30,566 bases of DNA from an uncultured Planctomycetales bacterium (GTDB lineage Bacteria; Omnitrophota; Gorgyraeia; Gygaellales; Profunditerraquicolaceae). The stretch spans positions 1 through 30,566 of the forward strand of contig CAZDUF010000004.1 in NCBI GenBank assembly GCA_964508555.1, written 5' to 3'. The notes below the pieces were generated by a model, which had not been told where the DNA came from, searched no databases, and was given only the letters and a program-made list of their open reading frames with translations. Shown here one piece after another: positions 1-7,807 of the stretch. Made by a program: the position numbers and the translations under genes. Positions within the stretch are counted from its first letter, which is position 1; each line of letters starts with the position of its first letter.

Positions 1-1555
1 TCGTTACCGCATCTGCCCTGATCTGCAGGTTATCCCACGGTCCTGTCACATCTCCCTGAAAAATAACCGACACATTCATGTCATCGGAAACATTCGTATC
101 CCATCCTGCAAAACCTGTCCCCCCCACAGTGCCATTAATCAACAAACCGCCGGCGCGCACGCTGCCGTTCACGTCAAGTTCTGCCGCAGGATTCACGAGG
201 TTAATACCAACCGCCCCCAGAGTATCGATGATACTTCCTCCGGCAAGCGCCGTGCCGTTCCATCTGGCGACCTCACCCGCTCCGAAAACCCCGACCTGCG
301 GATCCGTCTCTCCGGGGAATGTGATCGTGACATTCGTAGCGTTGGTAATCCTGCCGTCTTCATCAACCACGATGCGCGACACGCTTGAGCTTGAACCATA
401 CGCCCCCGCATCGACTCCCGATGTCTGCAATTCAGATGCGCCGACTGCGCTGACGCCTATTTCTGACGCGCCCACGGCGTCCGGCATAATTTGTAAATTA
501 TCCCACGGTCCGGTGACGTCTCCCAGAAACACGGTAGACACATTCAGATCATCGCTTGCGTTCGAATCGAAACCGCTGAAAGCCGAACCACTTAATGTGC
601 CGTTAATGATCAACCCTGTGCCGCGGATAGCTCCGGCGACATCAAGTTTAGCCTGCGGTGTAGAGGTGCCGACGCCGACATCCTGGGACGCATCTGCGGT
701 ATACAATCTGCTGCCTGCCTGCTCCCAGGCCGTATTCCCCGAGAGATTCGCGACCGACGAAAGCGAACTCCCGTCAGGGAATACAAATCCGCCGCTCAAA
801 GACTGAATACCTCCGTTCACCACAAGCTTGTAACCGCCTACGGTGGTGCCGATACCGACATTGCCGCCGTCAGCAACAATCACTGCCATTGTACCGCCGT
901 CATACAGACGCAATATGTCGCCGCTCCCCTGCTGTGTAACATTCAATACTGGGGTTGTTGCATTCGCGACAACAGTAAGAGGTGCCTCCATAGTATCGGC
1001 CTCGTCTGAACGAATGAACTGCGCGTGATTGAGACCGTCGAAACGATCGGAGTTAAGCGCGCCGACTGACGGTACGACTTTCAAGCGCGGCGTCATTTCG
1101 CCATCGTCATCAACCTCGATGGTCATATAGTACTGCTGATTGAAATCCATGGATGAAGGAAACACGGTTTCGCTGCCGAGATAACACGATATGATGCCGT
1201 GGCTATCTGCAGTCAAGGTTTGCGTCTCTTCCCACAAAACGCTCCCCCCGGTCTCATTTTCGTAGAAACGGAAGGTGAAATCATGCTGACCGGTCACCGG
1301 CGTATTCGTGCTTGAAGTCACCCGTGCCTGGAAAAAGATCTCCTGAGGGACATCAGCAAAGACATGCGAAACGGCTGTCGTCAACGTCATTGCGAGGGCA
1401 AAGCCCGAAGCAATCACAAGTAAGAATAATTTACTAAAGATTGCATCGTCGGCCCTCGGTTCACCCGGCCCTATCGGATGGGCCGGTGCAGGCCTCTGCC
1501 TAGTCCTCGCAATGACGGTGTCTCTTGTTTGCTCCCGCGCTGAAGTCCTATTCAT
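1..1555 (-). CDS. Secreted repeat-containing fibre/adhesin-like protein, 3'-truncated by the window edge (518 codons visible)
   Basis: Not in the ORF track. I translated it by hand from ATG 1555 to position 2 with no stop: MNRTSAREQ...FSKLFLLVIASGFALAMTLTTAVSHVFA|DVPQEIFFQARVT...TGQHDFTFRFY...NSDRFDGLNHAQFIRSD...GNVGIGTT...GAYGSSSSVSRIVVDEDGRIT...GDVTGPWDNLQI (twice). These motifs resemble phage tail-fibre and bacterial trimeric fibre repeats. Confidence 0.85.
   Translation of the reverse strand, partial: MNRTSAREQTRDTVIARTRQRPAPAHPIGPGEPRADDAIFSKLFLLVIASGFALAMTLTTAVSHVFADVPQEIFFQARVTSSTNTPVTGQHDFTFRFYENETGGSVLWEETQTLTADSHGIISCYLGSETVFPSSMDFNQQYYMTIEVDDDGEMTPRLKVVPSVGALNSDRFDGLNHAQFIRSDEADTMEAPLTVVANATTPVLNVTQQGSGDILRLYDGGTMAVIVADGGNVGIGTTVGGYKLVVNGGIQSLSGGFVFPDGSSLSSVANLSGNTAWEQAGSRLYTADASQDVGVGTSTPQAKLDVAGAIRGTGLIINGTLSGSAFSGFDSNASDDLNVSTVFLGDVTGPWDNLQIMPDAVGASEIGVSAVGASELQTSGVDAGAYGSSSSVSRIVVDEDGRITNATNVTITFPGETDPQVGVFGAGEVARWNGTALAGGSIIDTLGAVGINLVNPAAELDVNGSVRAGGLLINGTVGGTGFAGWDTNVSDDMNVSVIFQGDVTGPWDNLQIRADAVT
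1385..1517. repeat. Palindromic miniature element (Rickettsia-palindromic-element/MITE-like) inside the coding frame of the fibre gene
   Basis: Perfect 13-bp terminal inverted repeat CGTCATTGCGAGG (1385-1397) / CCTCGCAATGACG (1505-1517). Inner stem CGAAGCAATC (1406-1415) / GATTGCATCG (1439-1448) with one mismatch. Nested hairpin CCGGCCC (1465-1471) / GGGCCGG (1480-1486). Confidence 0.85.
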
Positions 1556-1561
1556 AAGTAT

Positions 1562-2347
1562 TTAGCGTTTCGTATTGAGCGCTTCAGTAACTTCTTTTGC
1601 CTTCTTCCCGAAAAACGGATTGCTCGGATCAATCTCTGCTGCCTTCTTCCACTGGACCAGCGCTTCCCGCAGGAGCCCAAAGCCCTCAAGCGTCTGCGCA
1701 TAGCGACCCCGTAAACCTGCTGAATTCGGTTCCGCGTTTACTCTCTGCTGATACATCGCCAACGCCTTATCTTTCATGCCGGCAGCGACATAGGCGTTGA
1801 TAAGAATATCTCCGAAGTACTGGTCATTTGGACTCTGCTGGACGATCGGCTCAAGCATCGCGATAGCCTTCGGCGCCTCACCGGCAAGCACATAGTAATC
1901 GATCAGGCGCACTTTATATCCATGATCCTGCGGGTTCGCAGCCTGCAATCCTTCGTAAATACGGGCAACCTTATTCCAATCCTTCAGCCGCACATAGCCT
2001 TCCGCTATGGCTTTTTTCAAGGGGACATTCTCAACACCCGGTTTCTCGCGCGCTTCAAGGACAGTCACGATTTCCTGGATTTTTTCCGGATTTTGCTCCG
2101 CAATCGTATACAACTCAAGAACCGCCCACTCATGGATATCACCATGCTTACCTGCGGCTACCGTATCTGCGATCGAGCGTATCGCGTCATCTTTCTTTCC
2201 GGCCTTCACGAGCGACTCGATATTCCTGCGCGCCGCTTCTGACGGCGTCACTGCAGGGTTTGTTTTCTCTGCCGCACACACAGGCCGGCAGAATACCAGG
2301 GACACCACCATGCCGCTTACCGCTGCCACTGCCATCATCTGTCTCAT
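1562..2347 (-). CDS. Secreted TPR-repeat protein
   Basis: Signal peptide (MRQMMAVAAVSGMVVSLVFCRPVCA|AE) and helical TPR-like repeats ending in ...PQD, ...SPND, ...EPNS, ...DPSN. Confidence 0.85.
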   Translation of the reverse strand: MRQMMAVAAVSGMVVSLVFCRPVCAAEKTNPAVTPSEAARRNIESLVKAGKKDDAIRSIADTVAAGKHGDIHEWAVLELYTIAEQNPEKIQEIVTVLEAREKPGVENVPLKKAIAEGYVRLKDWNKVARIYEGLQAANPQDHGYKVRLIDYYVLAGEAPKAIAMLEPIVQQSPNDQYFGDILINAYVAAGMKDKALAMYQQRVNAEPNSAGLRGRYAQTLEGFGLLREALVQWKKAAEIDPSNPFFGKKAKEVTEALNTKR

Positions 2348-2361
2348 CGGGAGCTCCTTTT

Positions 2362-3960
2362 TTATCTCTTCCAGAACAGAATCTTCTCTTGTAACTCGGA
2401 TACCGTTGCCTCATCCCCTACCGTCCATATCCACTGCGCAGGCGTCGGGTCTTCTTCATCGATCGAAATCGCGCCGTCTGCGTTCAAATCATAACCGCTT
2501 TTCACGTAAAAATAATGGTTGGCGTATACAAGATCCGTAAAGGTTGCTTCGCGCTGCAATGTCCAGGCTGACCAAGACTGGTTATCGATACGCACGGCGA
2601 AAAGCGCGCCCTGTCTGCTCGATTCGAACGTAAACGCGGCCTGCGTTTCCACTGTCGCTGCCGAAGGACCGCTGATAATGCGCGTGTCAGGTGTCAGCCT
2701 GTGCAACGTTATCTGATCGGTATATGCGCCGGAAATATTACCCGCAGCATCCAGAAATTTGACAAATACCGTCTTGACACCGTCGACGTCAGGCTCCAGC
2801 ACCAGCCAGCTCGTAATCACCGTCTGGTAAGGATACGGATGATTCATCTCGGTGTCGAAAATACCGTCGTTGGAGATGACCACAGACGCCACACTCGAGA
2901 CTGCGTCCGAGGCGTCAAGGTGCAGCGAAACGTACGCGGAATGCGACACCGGAGCTCCGGCATTGATACTGAATGTCCCTGACGGCGGCTGTGAATCGGC
3001 GACAAACTCCCAGGCTTGAGAAGCTGCATTGCCCGCCATATCGCGCGCCGTAACCACGACGGTATTCTTGCCTTCCGCCAGATATTCCTCAGAACCCGAG
3101 GAGAATATTCCGGTCTCTGTGTCGTATGATCCGCTCACTTGCCTGCCGTTGAGCTCCATGCGCACGCTGGTCGGGTCAACGCCGGAATCGGCATCAGCGA
3201 TACGGCAGGCTACCGCGATTTTATTATCTGAAAGCAGCGCTCCGGACGCGGGACCCAACTGATTCACGTATGGCCCGAGGCGGTCGATCCAGATCTCAAA
3301 CGAACGCACGCTGTCCATTTCGGGAATCCCTGATGAATAAAACGGCGCGACGTACATCACATGCCGGCCGTTTGCGATAGCGCCGTCGGCAAACTGGAAC
3401 TGCGGGGCGTACGTATCAATCGTGCCGTCAGGGCTGGCATCAACCGCTACGGAGAAACCGTCCACCAGCGCAGCCGGTTCAACAATAATGCCCCAGGAAA
3501 TATACGGGTCGTCATCTTTCTGCCAGGTTTTCTCAGGTATAAGCTCACCCAACACCTCGGCCCGGCAGATGATTTCGCTGATCAGCCAGTCTTTGTCCTC
3601 TCCCAGAACCTCATCCATCCCGTATATGAGCTGCACCTGCCCTGCCTGCAGGCTGAACTGGCCGCTGGAAGCGGATGAAAGCGGGATGAGACCTTCTCCG
3701 ATAATCGACATCACCATCATATGGCTCGATGAGGTTGTCGGCCCTCCGCCGTTGGCGAAAGCGACCGCATCGATCTGGAACGAACCTCCGGTCATCTCAA
3801 CTGCCTCAACCTGCGCATAACAAAACAACATCGCGAATATAAAGCATCCGATTGAAATCAATAGGGTTTTGCTCCAGCTTGAATCTCCCAATAAAAAACC
3901 CGATATCCGCTTTTCGTGGATATCGGGTAGCCCCGCGGGGCGCCGCCTGTGTTTTTTCAT
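2362..3960 (-). CDS. Secreted Ig-like/fibronectin-like multi-domain protein
   Basis: ATG at 3960 overlaps the upstream stop (ATGA), so it is preferred over the track start at 4065. Signal peptide ending AQVEA; beta-sandwich motifs (IDRLGP, NTVVVTARDMAGN, DSQPPSGTFSINAGA, VFVKFLDAAGN, TPDTRIISGP). Confidence 0.75.
   Translation of the reverse strand: MKKHRRRPAGLPDIHEKRISGFLLGDSSWSKTLLISIGCFIFAMLFCYAQVEAVEMTGGSFQIDAVAFANGGGPTTSSSHMMVMSIIGEGLIPLSSASSGQFSLQAGQVQLIYGMDEVLGEDKDWLISEIICRAEVLGELIPEKTWQKDDDPYISWGIIVEPAALVDGFSVAVDASPDGTIDTYAPQFQFADGAIANGRHVMYVAPFYSSGIPEMDSVRSFEIWIDRLGPYVNQLGPASGALLSDNKIAVACRIADADSGVDPTSVRMELNGRQVSGSYDTETGIFSSGSEEYLAEGKNTVVVTARDMAGNAASQAWEFVADSQPPSGTFSINAGAPVSHSAYVSLHLDASDAVSSVASVVISNDGIFDTEMNHPYPYQTVITSWLVLEPDVDGVKTVFVKFLDAAGNISGAYTDQITLHRLTPDTRIISGPSAATVETQAAFTFESSRQGALFAVRIDNQSWSAWTLQREATFTDLVYANHYFYVKSGYDLNADGAISIDEEDPTPAQWIWTVGDEATVSELQEKILFWKR
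3898..3928 (-). terminator. Intrinsic-terminator-like hairpin located inside the 5' end of the Ig-protein gene
   Basis: Perfect 11-bp stem ACCCGATATCC (3898-3908) / GGATATCGGGT (3918-3928). On the minus strand it runs into TTTTTT. Confidence 0.5.
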
Positions 3961-4502
3961 CGGCTCACTGGGATATGGACTGTAAATTCCTGCTTTTCCT
4001 GGTCGTCTCTCATCCGGTATTCCACCTTCACCATTGCCGGAATACCGCTCGACTCTTGCCTCCACTCATGTTGCCAGTTACTGGCGTTACCGTACCAAAA
4101 CATACACTCGGCCACGCCTTCCAGAGAGGGCACATCCTGCGTTCCCCATGTTGCGAAATCGAAATCTGCGGGTTGCTCTATGAAACGATCGATCGTCTTC
4201 GTCTGTCCGTTGTACGCATACCGCACTTCCGCAAGAACGTCTGCCTGCGCCGTGACAAAAGCGAATGATACTTGGAGAGCCTCAAAACCGGCTTTCCCCT
4301 CCTCCTCAACCGCTACCAGCGACTGAATATTCCGTGCCATCTTCTGGAAGAAAACCCTTTGGCGCTGGATAGAATCTGCGAATTTCTCTCCCTGGTGAAA
4401 CGACTTGAACGTCTGCACCATCGAAACCAGGACCAGCGTGATCACCACGGTAAAGATCGTGAATGCTATGATCACTTCTACCAGCGTGAATGCCCGCCTC
4501 AT
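3957..4502 (-). CDS. GspJ/PulJ-like minor pseudopilin
   Basis: Class III signal MRRA|FTLVEVIIAFTIF with E+5; 181 aa; C-terminal W...GIPAMVKVE pattern typical of GspJ-like proteins. Confidence 0.8.
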   Translation of the reverse strand: MRRAFTLVEVIIAFTIFTVVITLVLVSMVQTFKSFHQGEKFADSIQRQRVFFQKMARNIQSLVAVEEEGKAGFEALQVSFAFVTAQADVLAEVRYAYNGQTKTIDRFIEQPADFDFATWGTQDVPSLEGVAECMFWYGNASNWQHEWRQESSGIPAMVKVEYRMRDDQEKQEFTVHIPVSR

Positions 4503-6079
4503 TACTCTGCCGCAATGGCAACTCCGGCCTGTGCCGGCATGTTGTCGGCGCTCACCTTTTTCTGCTCCTGCACCTGAGCAGCACGAGCCAGATATTCATT
4601 CGACCTGGCAGTATCGCCTGCCAGCTGGTAGATATGAGCTAAATGACGATAGGTGATAACGAGTTCCGGATTCCGCGCGATCGCCTGCTCGTAATAGGCG
4701 ACTGCCTCCTGATACCTGCCGGTCACCTCATAAATATTGCCCGCGTTATGATACGGATCCGCATAATGAGGTTTGAGAGCAATCGCTCTCTTGAACTCTT
4801 CGATAGCTTTCTCGTAATTCCCTTCTTTTGCGTACACGTCTCCCATATTGTTGTGCGCGCGGGGGCTTTCAGGCGAAACCTCAACCGTGGCCCTCCAGAG
4901 TTTCTCGGGAGTTCTCCAATCTTCGTTCCGTACTACCGTACGCGCGGCATACCCGGCGATAATGAATGAACAGAGGGCTAACCCAATTCCTTTCATACGT
5001 TTCCTGCTGAATAAGCTCTGATAGGCAAACGCCATGATGATACTCAACATGATCGATGGCGTATACACATACCTCTCGGCAAGCAGCCAACTGATGGTTA
5101 CCGGGCTGTATGTCGGAGCGAGGAATAAAGCGAACAAGAGGATCCCGAAGAAAACAGGGCGCGCCCGCTCATATATGATTGTTAGCACGACAGCGCCAAA
5201 AACAAGCGCCAGCAGCCCCATGCGCAGCCAGAAAATTGTGATGATCGGAGGCTCATGATACAGTGACAACTCTGCCGGCCAGAAGAGCAATCCCAAATGG
5301 GAGAAGAGCGAATACACCATATTGAAAAGAGGATTCGTCCATTGGAACCCCCCTTCCATTTCCTTCGATACTGACACGGCCCTGCCTGCTATGTCCATTT
5401 TGCTCATGTAGAGGCGCAGGACAAGGATGATAAAGAAAGGGACTATCCACTTCCAAGTTCTGCGGATACGCTGAAATGTCGCATCGAATATTACCAGTAG
5501 CACGGGAAATACAAAGTAAAACGCGAAATTACGGTAGATAAAATATGAAAAAACGGCGAGCGCCCCGAGGTACCAGCGAATATACACGGTTTGAACCGAA
5601 TCCGGCCGCTGAGGTTGAACCGCGGTCAACCCCTGGGGTTGGATCGAACCAAGCTGGCGTGTCGCCCGATAGTACAAGAGTAACGTGCCCAGAGTAAACA
5701 AACCTACCAACACATACGGGCGGCCCGATATCCAGGTCACAGCCTCGGCATGAATAGGATGCACCGCAAACAGCGCCGCTCCGAGCAAACTCGCACGTTG
5801 CCTGAAGAAAAGGCTCAAAAATACGAAAACGAGAATCGTCATGACGCTATGCGCCAGGATGCTGACCGCGTGATACGGCACTGGGTTCGTCTTTGTTGCC
5901 CGGTACACCAGACTGTTCAGCGTATTGTGCGGAAACATAAGATAGCGCGCCGTATCTCCCAAATCCTTGTTCTCGACAATGTCCGCAACGTCATCTGACA
6001 CGAACTGATTCGGCAGCGAATTCGCGTACACCAGAAAACACAATGCGACTAAAAATATGTATACGTACTTTTTTTTCAT
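4502..6079 (-). CDS. TMTC-type GT-C glycosyltransferase (putative protein O-mannosyltransferase) with C-terminal TPRs
   Basis: First-loop DD motif (VSDDVAD), YHAVSILAH, LFAVHPIHAEAVTWISGR, ERYVYTP, RNEDW...LW, SPRAHNN; many TM segments; three TPRs. Confidence 0.85.
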   Translation of the reverse strand: MKKKYVYIFLVALCFLVYANSLPNQFVSDDVADIVENKDLGDTARYLMFPHNTLNSLVYRATKTNPVPYHAVSILAHSVMTILVFVFLSLFFRQRASLLGAALFAVHPIHAEAVTWISGRPYVLVGLFTLGTLLLYYRATRQLGSIQPQGLTAVQPQRPDSVQTVYIRWYLGALAVFSYFIYRNFAFYFVFPVLLVIFDATFQRIRRTWKWIVPFFIILVLRLYMSKMDIAGRAVSVSKEMEGGFQWTNPLFNMVYSLFSHLGLLFWPAELSLYHEPPIITIFWLRMGLLALVFGAVVLTIIYERARPVFFGILLFALFLAPTYSPVTISWLLAERYVYTPSIMLSIIMAFAYQSLFSRKRMKGIGLALCSFIIAGYAARTVVRNEDWRTPEKLWRATVEVSPESPRAHNNMGDVYAKEGNYEKAIEEFKRAIALKPHYADPYHNAGNIYEVTGRYQEAVAYYEQAIARNPELVITYRHLAHIYQLAGDTARSNEYLARAAQVQEQKKVSADNMPAQAGVAIAAE

Positions 6080-6091
6080 TATCTTTAGCTG

Positions 6092-6146
6092 AACTACCCC
6101 ATATCCGCAAACCGGTCAACCGGCAAACCGGCTAACCAACTACCCC
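6092..6146. repeat. 8-bp tandem repeat flanked by a 9-bp direct repeat
   Basis: AACCGGTC (6110-6117), AACCGGCA (6118-6125), AACCGGCT (6126-6133), plus a degenerate fourth unit AACCAACT; AACTACCCC at 6092-6100 and 6138-6146. Confidence 0.7.
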
Positions 6147-7804
6147 GGCCCCAACACCCGCAACACCTCGGCAACGTTGGTCGCGCCGAAGACTATCTTC
6201 TCCCACCCGTCGTCGTACATGAATGTCATACCCTGGGCGCGACAAGCCTTGATGATTTCGGTGGAACTCGCCTTCTCGACCGTGAGCCTGCCGATCTGAG
6301 GAGTCATCTCCATAATCTCGAATATCCCCACCCTGCCGCTGAAACCGGTGTGCAGGCAATCCTGACAGCCGTGCGCCTCCCACACCTCCACTTCCTTGTC
6401 GGCATAAGGTGCTTCCTTGAACAACTTCTTTGATTGCTTAGATTTACATTTCTTGCATAATACCCTGACAAGCCGCTGCGCAACCACGCCGTTCAAGCAA
6501 GACGCGATCAGGAATGGTTCAATACCCATGTCGACTAATCTGGTTACTGCAGACGCGGCGTCATTCGTATGGAGTGTTGAAAATACCAGGTGTCCGGTGA
6601 GAGCCGCCTGGATTGCGATTGTTGCGGTTTCCAGATCCCTTATCTCCCCCACCATAATGATATCGGGATCGTGTCTGAGTATCGACCGCAACCCGTTGGC
6701 GAATGTGAGATTAACTTTCTGATTCACCTGAATCTGCCTGCAGAAATCAAGGTGGTACTCAACGGGATCCTCAATGGTAATAATATTTTTCTCGACTGAT
6801 TGAATAATCGAAAGCGACGCATAGAGTGTTGTCGTCTTACCGCTTCCTGTCGGTCCGGTCACCAGGATAATCCCTGACGGTTTCCTGATCAGCTGTTCGT
6901 ACCTCTCCAGATGTTTCTGTGACATTCCTAACTGATTGAGTGTCAAAACTTTCTTGTTCTGTTTCAATAACCGCAAAACGATGCTTTCCCTCTCAATCGT
7001 AGGGATAACCGATACACGCACATCCAGGGCAGTTCCGTCAAGCTCGACATTGAATCTTCCATCCTGGGGCTGCCTGCGCTCTGCGATATCCAGGTTCGCC
7101 ATGATCTTGATGCGGGATACAAAAGCGTTATATGCGGTCGATTCAGGAGGCGTAATCTCTTTGAGCACGCCGTCGATACGGAGCCGCAGGCGCATCTTGT
7201 CGCGTTGGGCTTCGATATGAATGTCAGACGCTCCGAACTTGAGCGCCTGCAGCAACAGGAGATTTACCGCTTCGATGATGGACGGTTTGGAGAATTCCTC
7301 TTTCAGATAACCGTCATCTATCTTGAGAGCAGGGTGAGCTGATTCCTGACGCTCGTGTCTTTGCCCTTCTCTCCTGTCGCAGCATCTGCTCAAGACATCG
7401 ATGAGCTCATCCTCCCTGACCAGGTACGGCTTGATAAAGAGTCCGGTGCGAAAGCGCAGCTCATCATATATAGAGGAATCCAGCGGATCGAGCACGCCGA
7501 CCGCAAGCTCGAAATTATCCTTGAATAACGGGATAACCTTCTTCTCCCAGAGCAGCTCCGCGGGCACCAGCGCCAACAGCGCTTTGTCCGGAGAAAAAGT
7601 ATTCAGCCGGAATTCTTCGAGATTCAGATGCTTGCCGAGAAATCCGGTCAGCTTCTCTTCGGAGATGACTTTCAGCTGACGCAGGGCCTGTACCAGCGAC
7701 ACGGAGCTGCGCTGCTGCTCGAGCCGAATGGTCTGCATCTGCGCGGGCGATACGATCCCATCGCGTTCCAGCTGTTCTTCAAGATTCAATTGCTGCATAA
7801 TCAC
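6140..7804 (-). CDS. gspE: GspE/PilB-family assembly ATPase
   Basis: Walker A GPTGSGKTTT, TIEDPVEY, LRHDPDIIMVGEIRD, TGHLVFSTLHTN, tetracysteine motif CKKC...CQDC, and an N-terminal MshEN/N1-like region. Confidence 0.95.
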   Translation of the reverse strand: MIMQQLNLEEQLERDGIVSPAQMQTIRLEQQRSSVSLVQALRQLKVISEEKLTGFLGKHLNLEEFRLNTFSPDKALLALVPAELLWEKKVIPLFKDNFELAVGVLDPLDSSIYDELRFRTGLFIKPYLVREDELIDVLSRCCDRREGQRHERQESAHPALKIDDGYLKEEFSKPSIIEAVNLLLLQALKFGASDIHIEAQRDKMRLRLRIDGVLKEITPPESTAYNAFVSRIKIMANLDIAERRQPQDGRFNVELDGTALDVRVSVIPTIERESIVLRLLKQNKKVLTLNQLGMSQKHLERYEQLIRKPSGIILVTGPTGSGKTTTLYASLSIIQSVEKNIITIEDPVEYHLDFCRQIQVNQKVNLTFANGLRSILRHDPDIIMVGEIRDLETATIAIQAALTGHLVFSTLHTNDAASAVTRLVDMGIEPFLIASCLNGVVAQRLVRVLCKKCKSKQSKKLFKEAPYADKEVEVWEAHGCQDCLHTGFSGRVGIFEIMEMTPQIGRLTVEKASSTEIIKACRAQGMTFMYDDGWEKIVFGATNVAEVLRVLGPG

Positions 7805-7807
7805 CGT

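Noticed and set aside
78-1028. Plus-strand ORFs 78-806 and 843-1028
   Set aside because: Antisense shadows of the fibre ORF, which has recognisable motifs and repeats; these have none.
6110-6141. CRISPR array
   Set aside because: Units are 8 bp and contiguous with no spacers; no cas genes. No CRISPR-like repeat-spacer pattern was seen anywhere in the window.
4502-7804. Separate horizontal origin of the TMTC and gspE genes based on lower GC
   Set aside because: Spot counts (23-30 of 60) overlap those in the secretin gene (31 of 60); not distinguishable without a computed profile.
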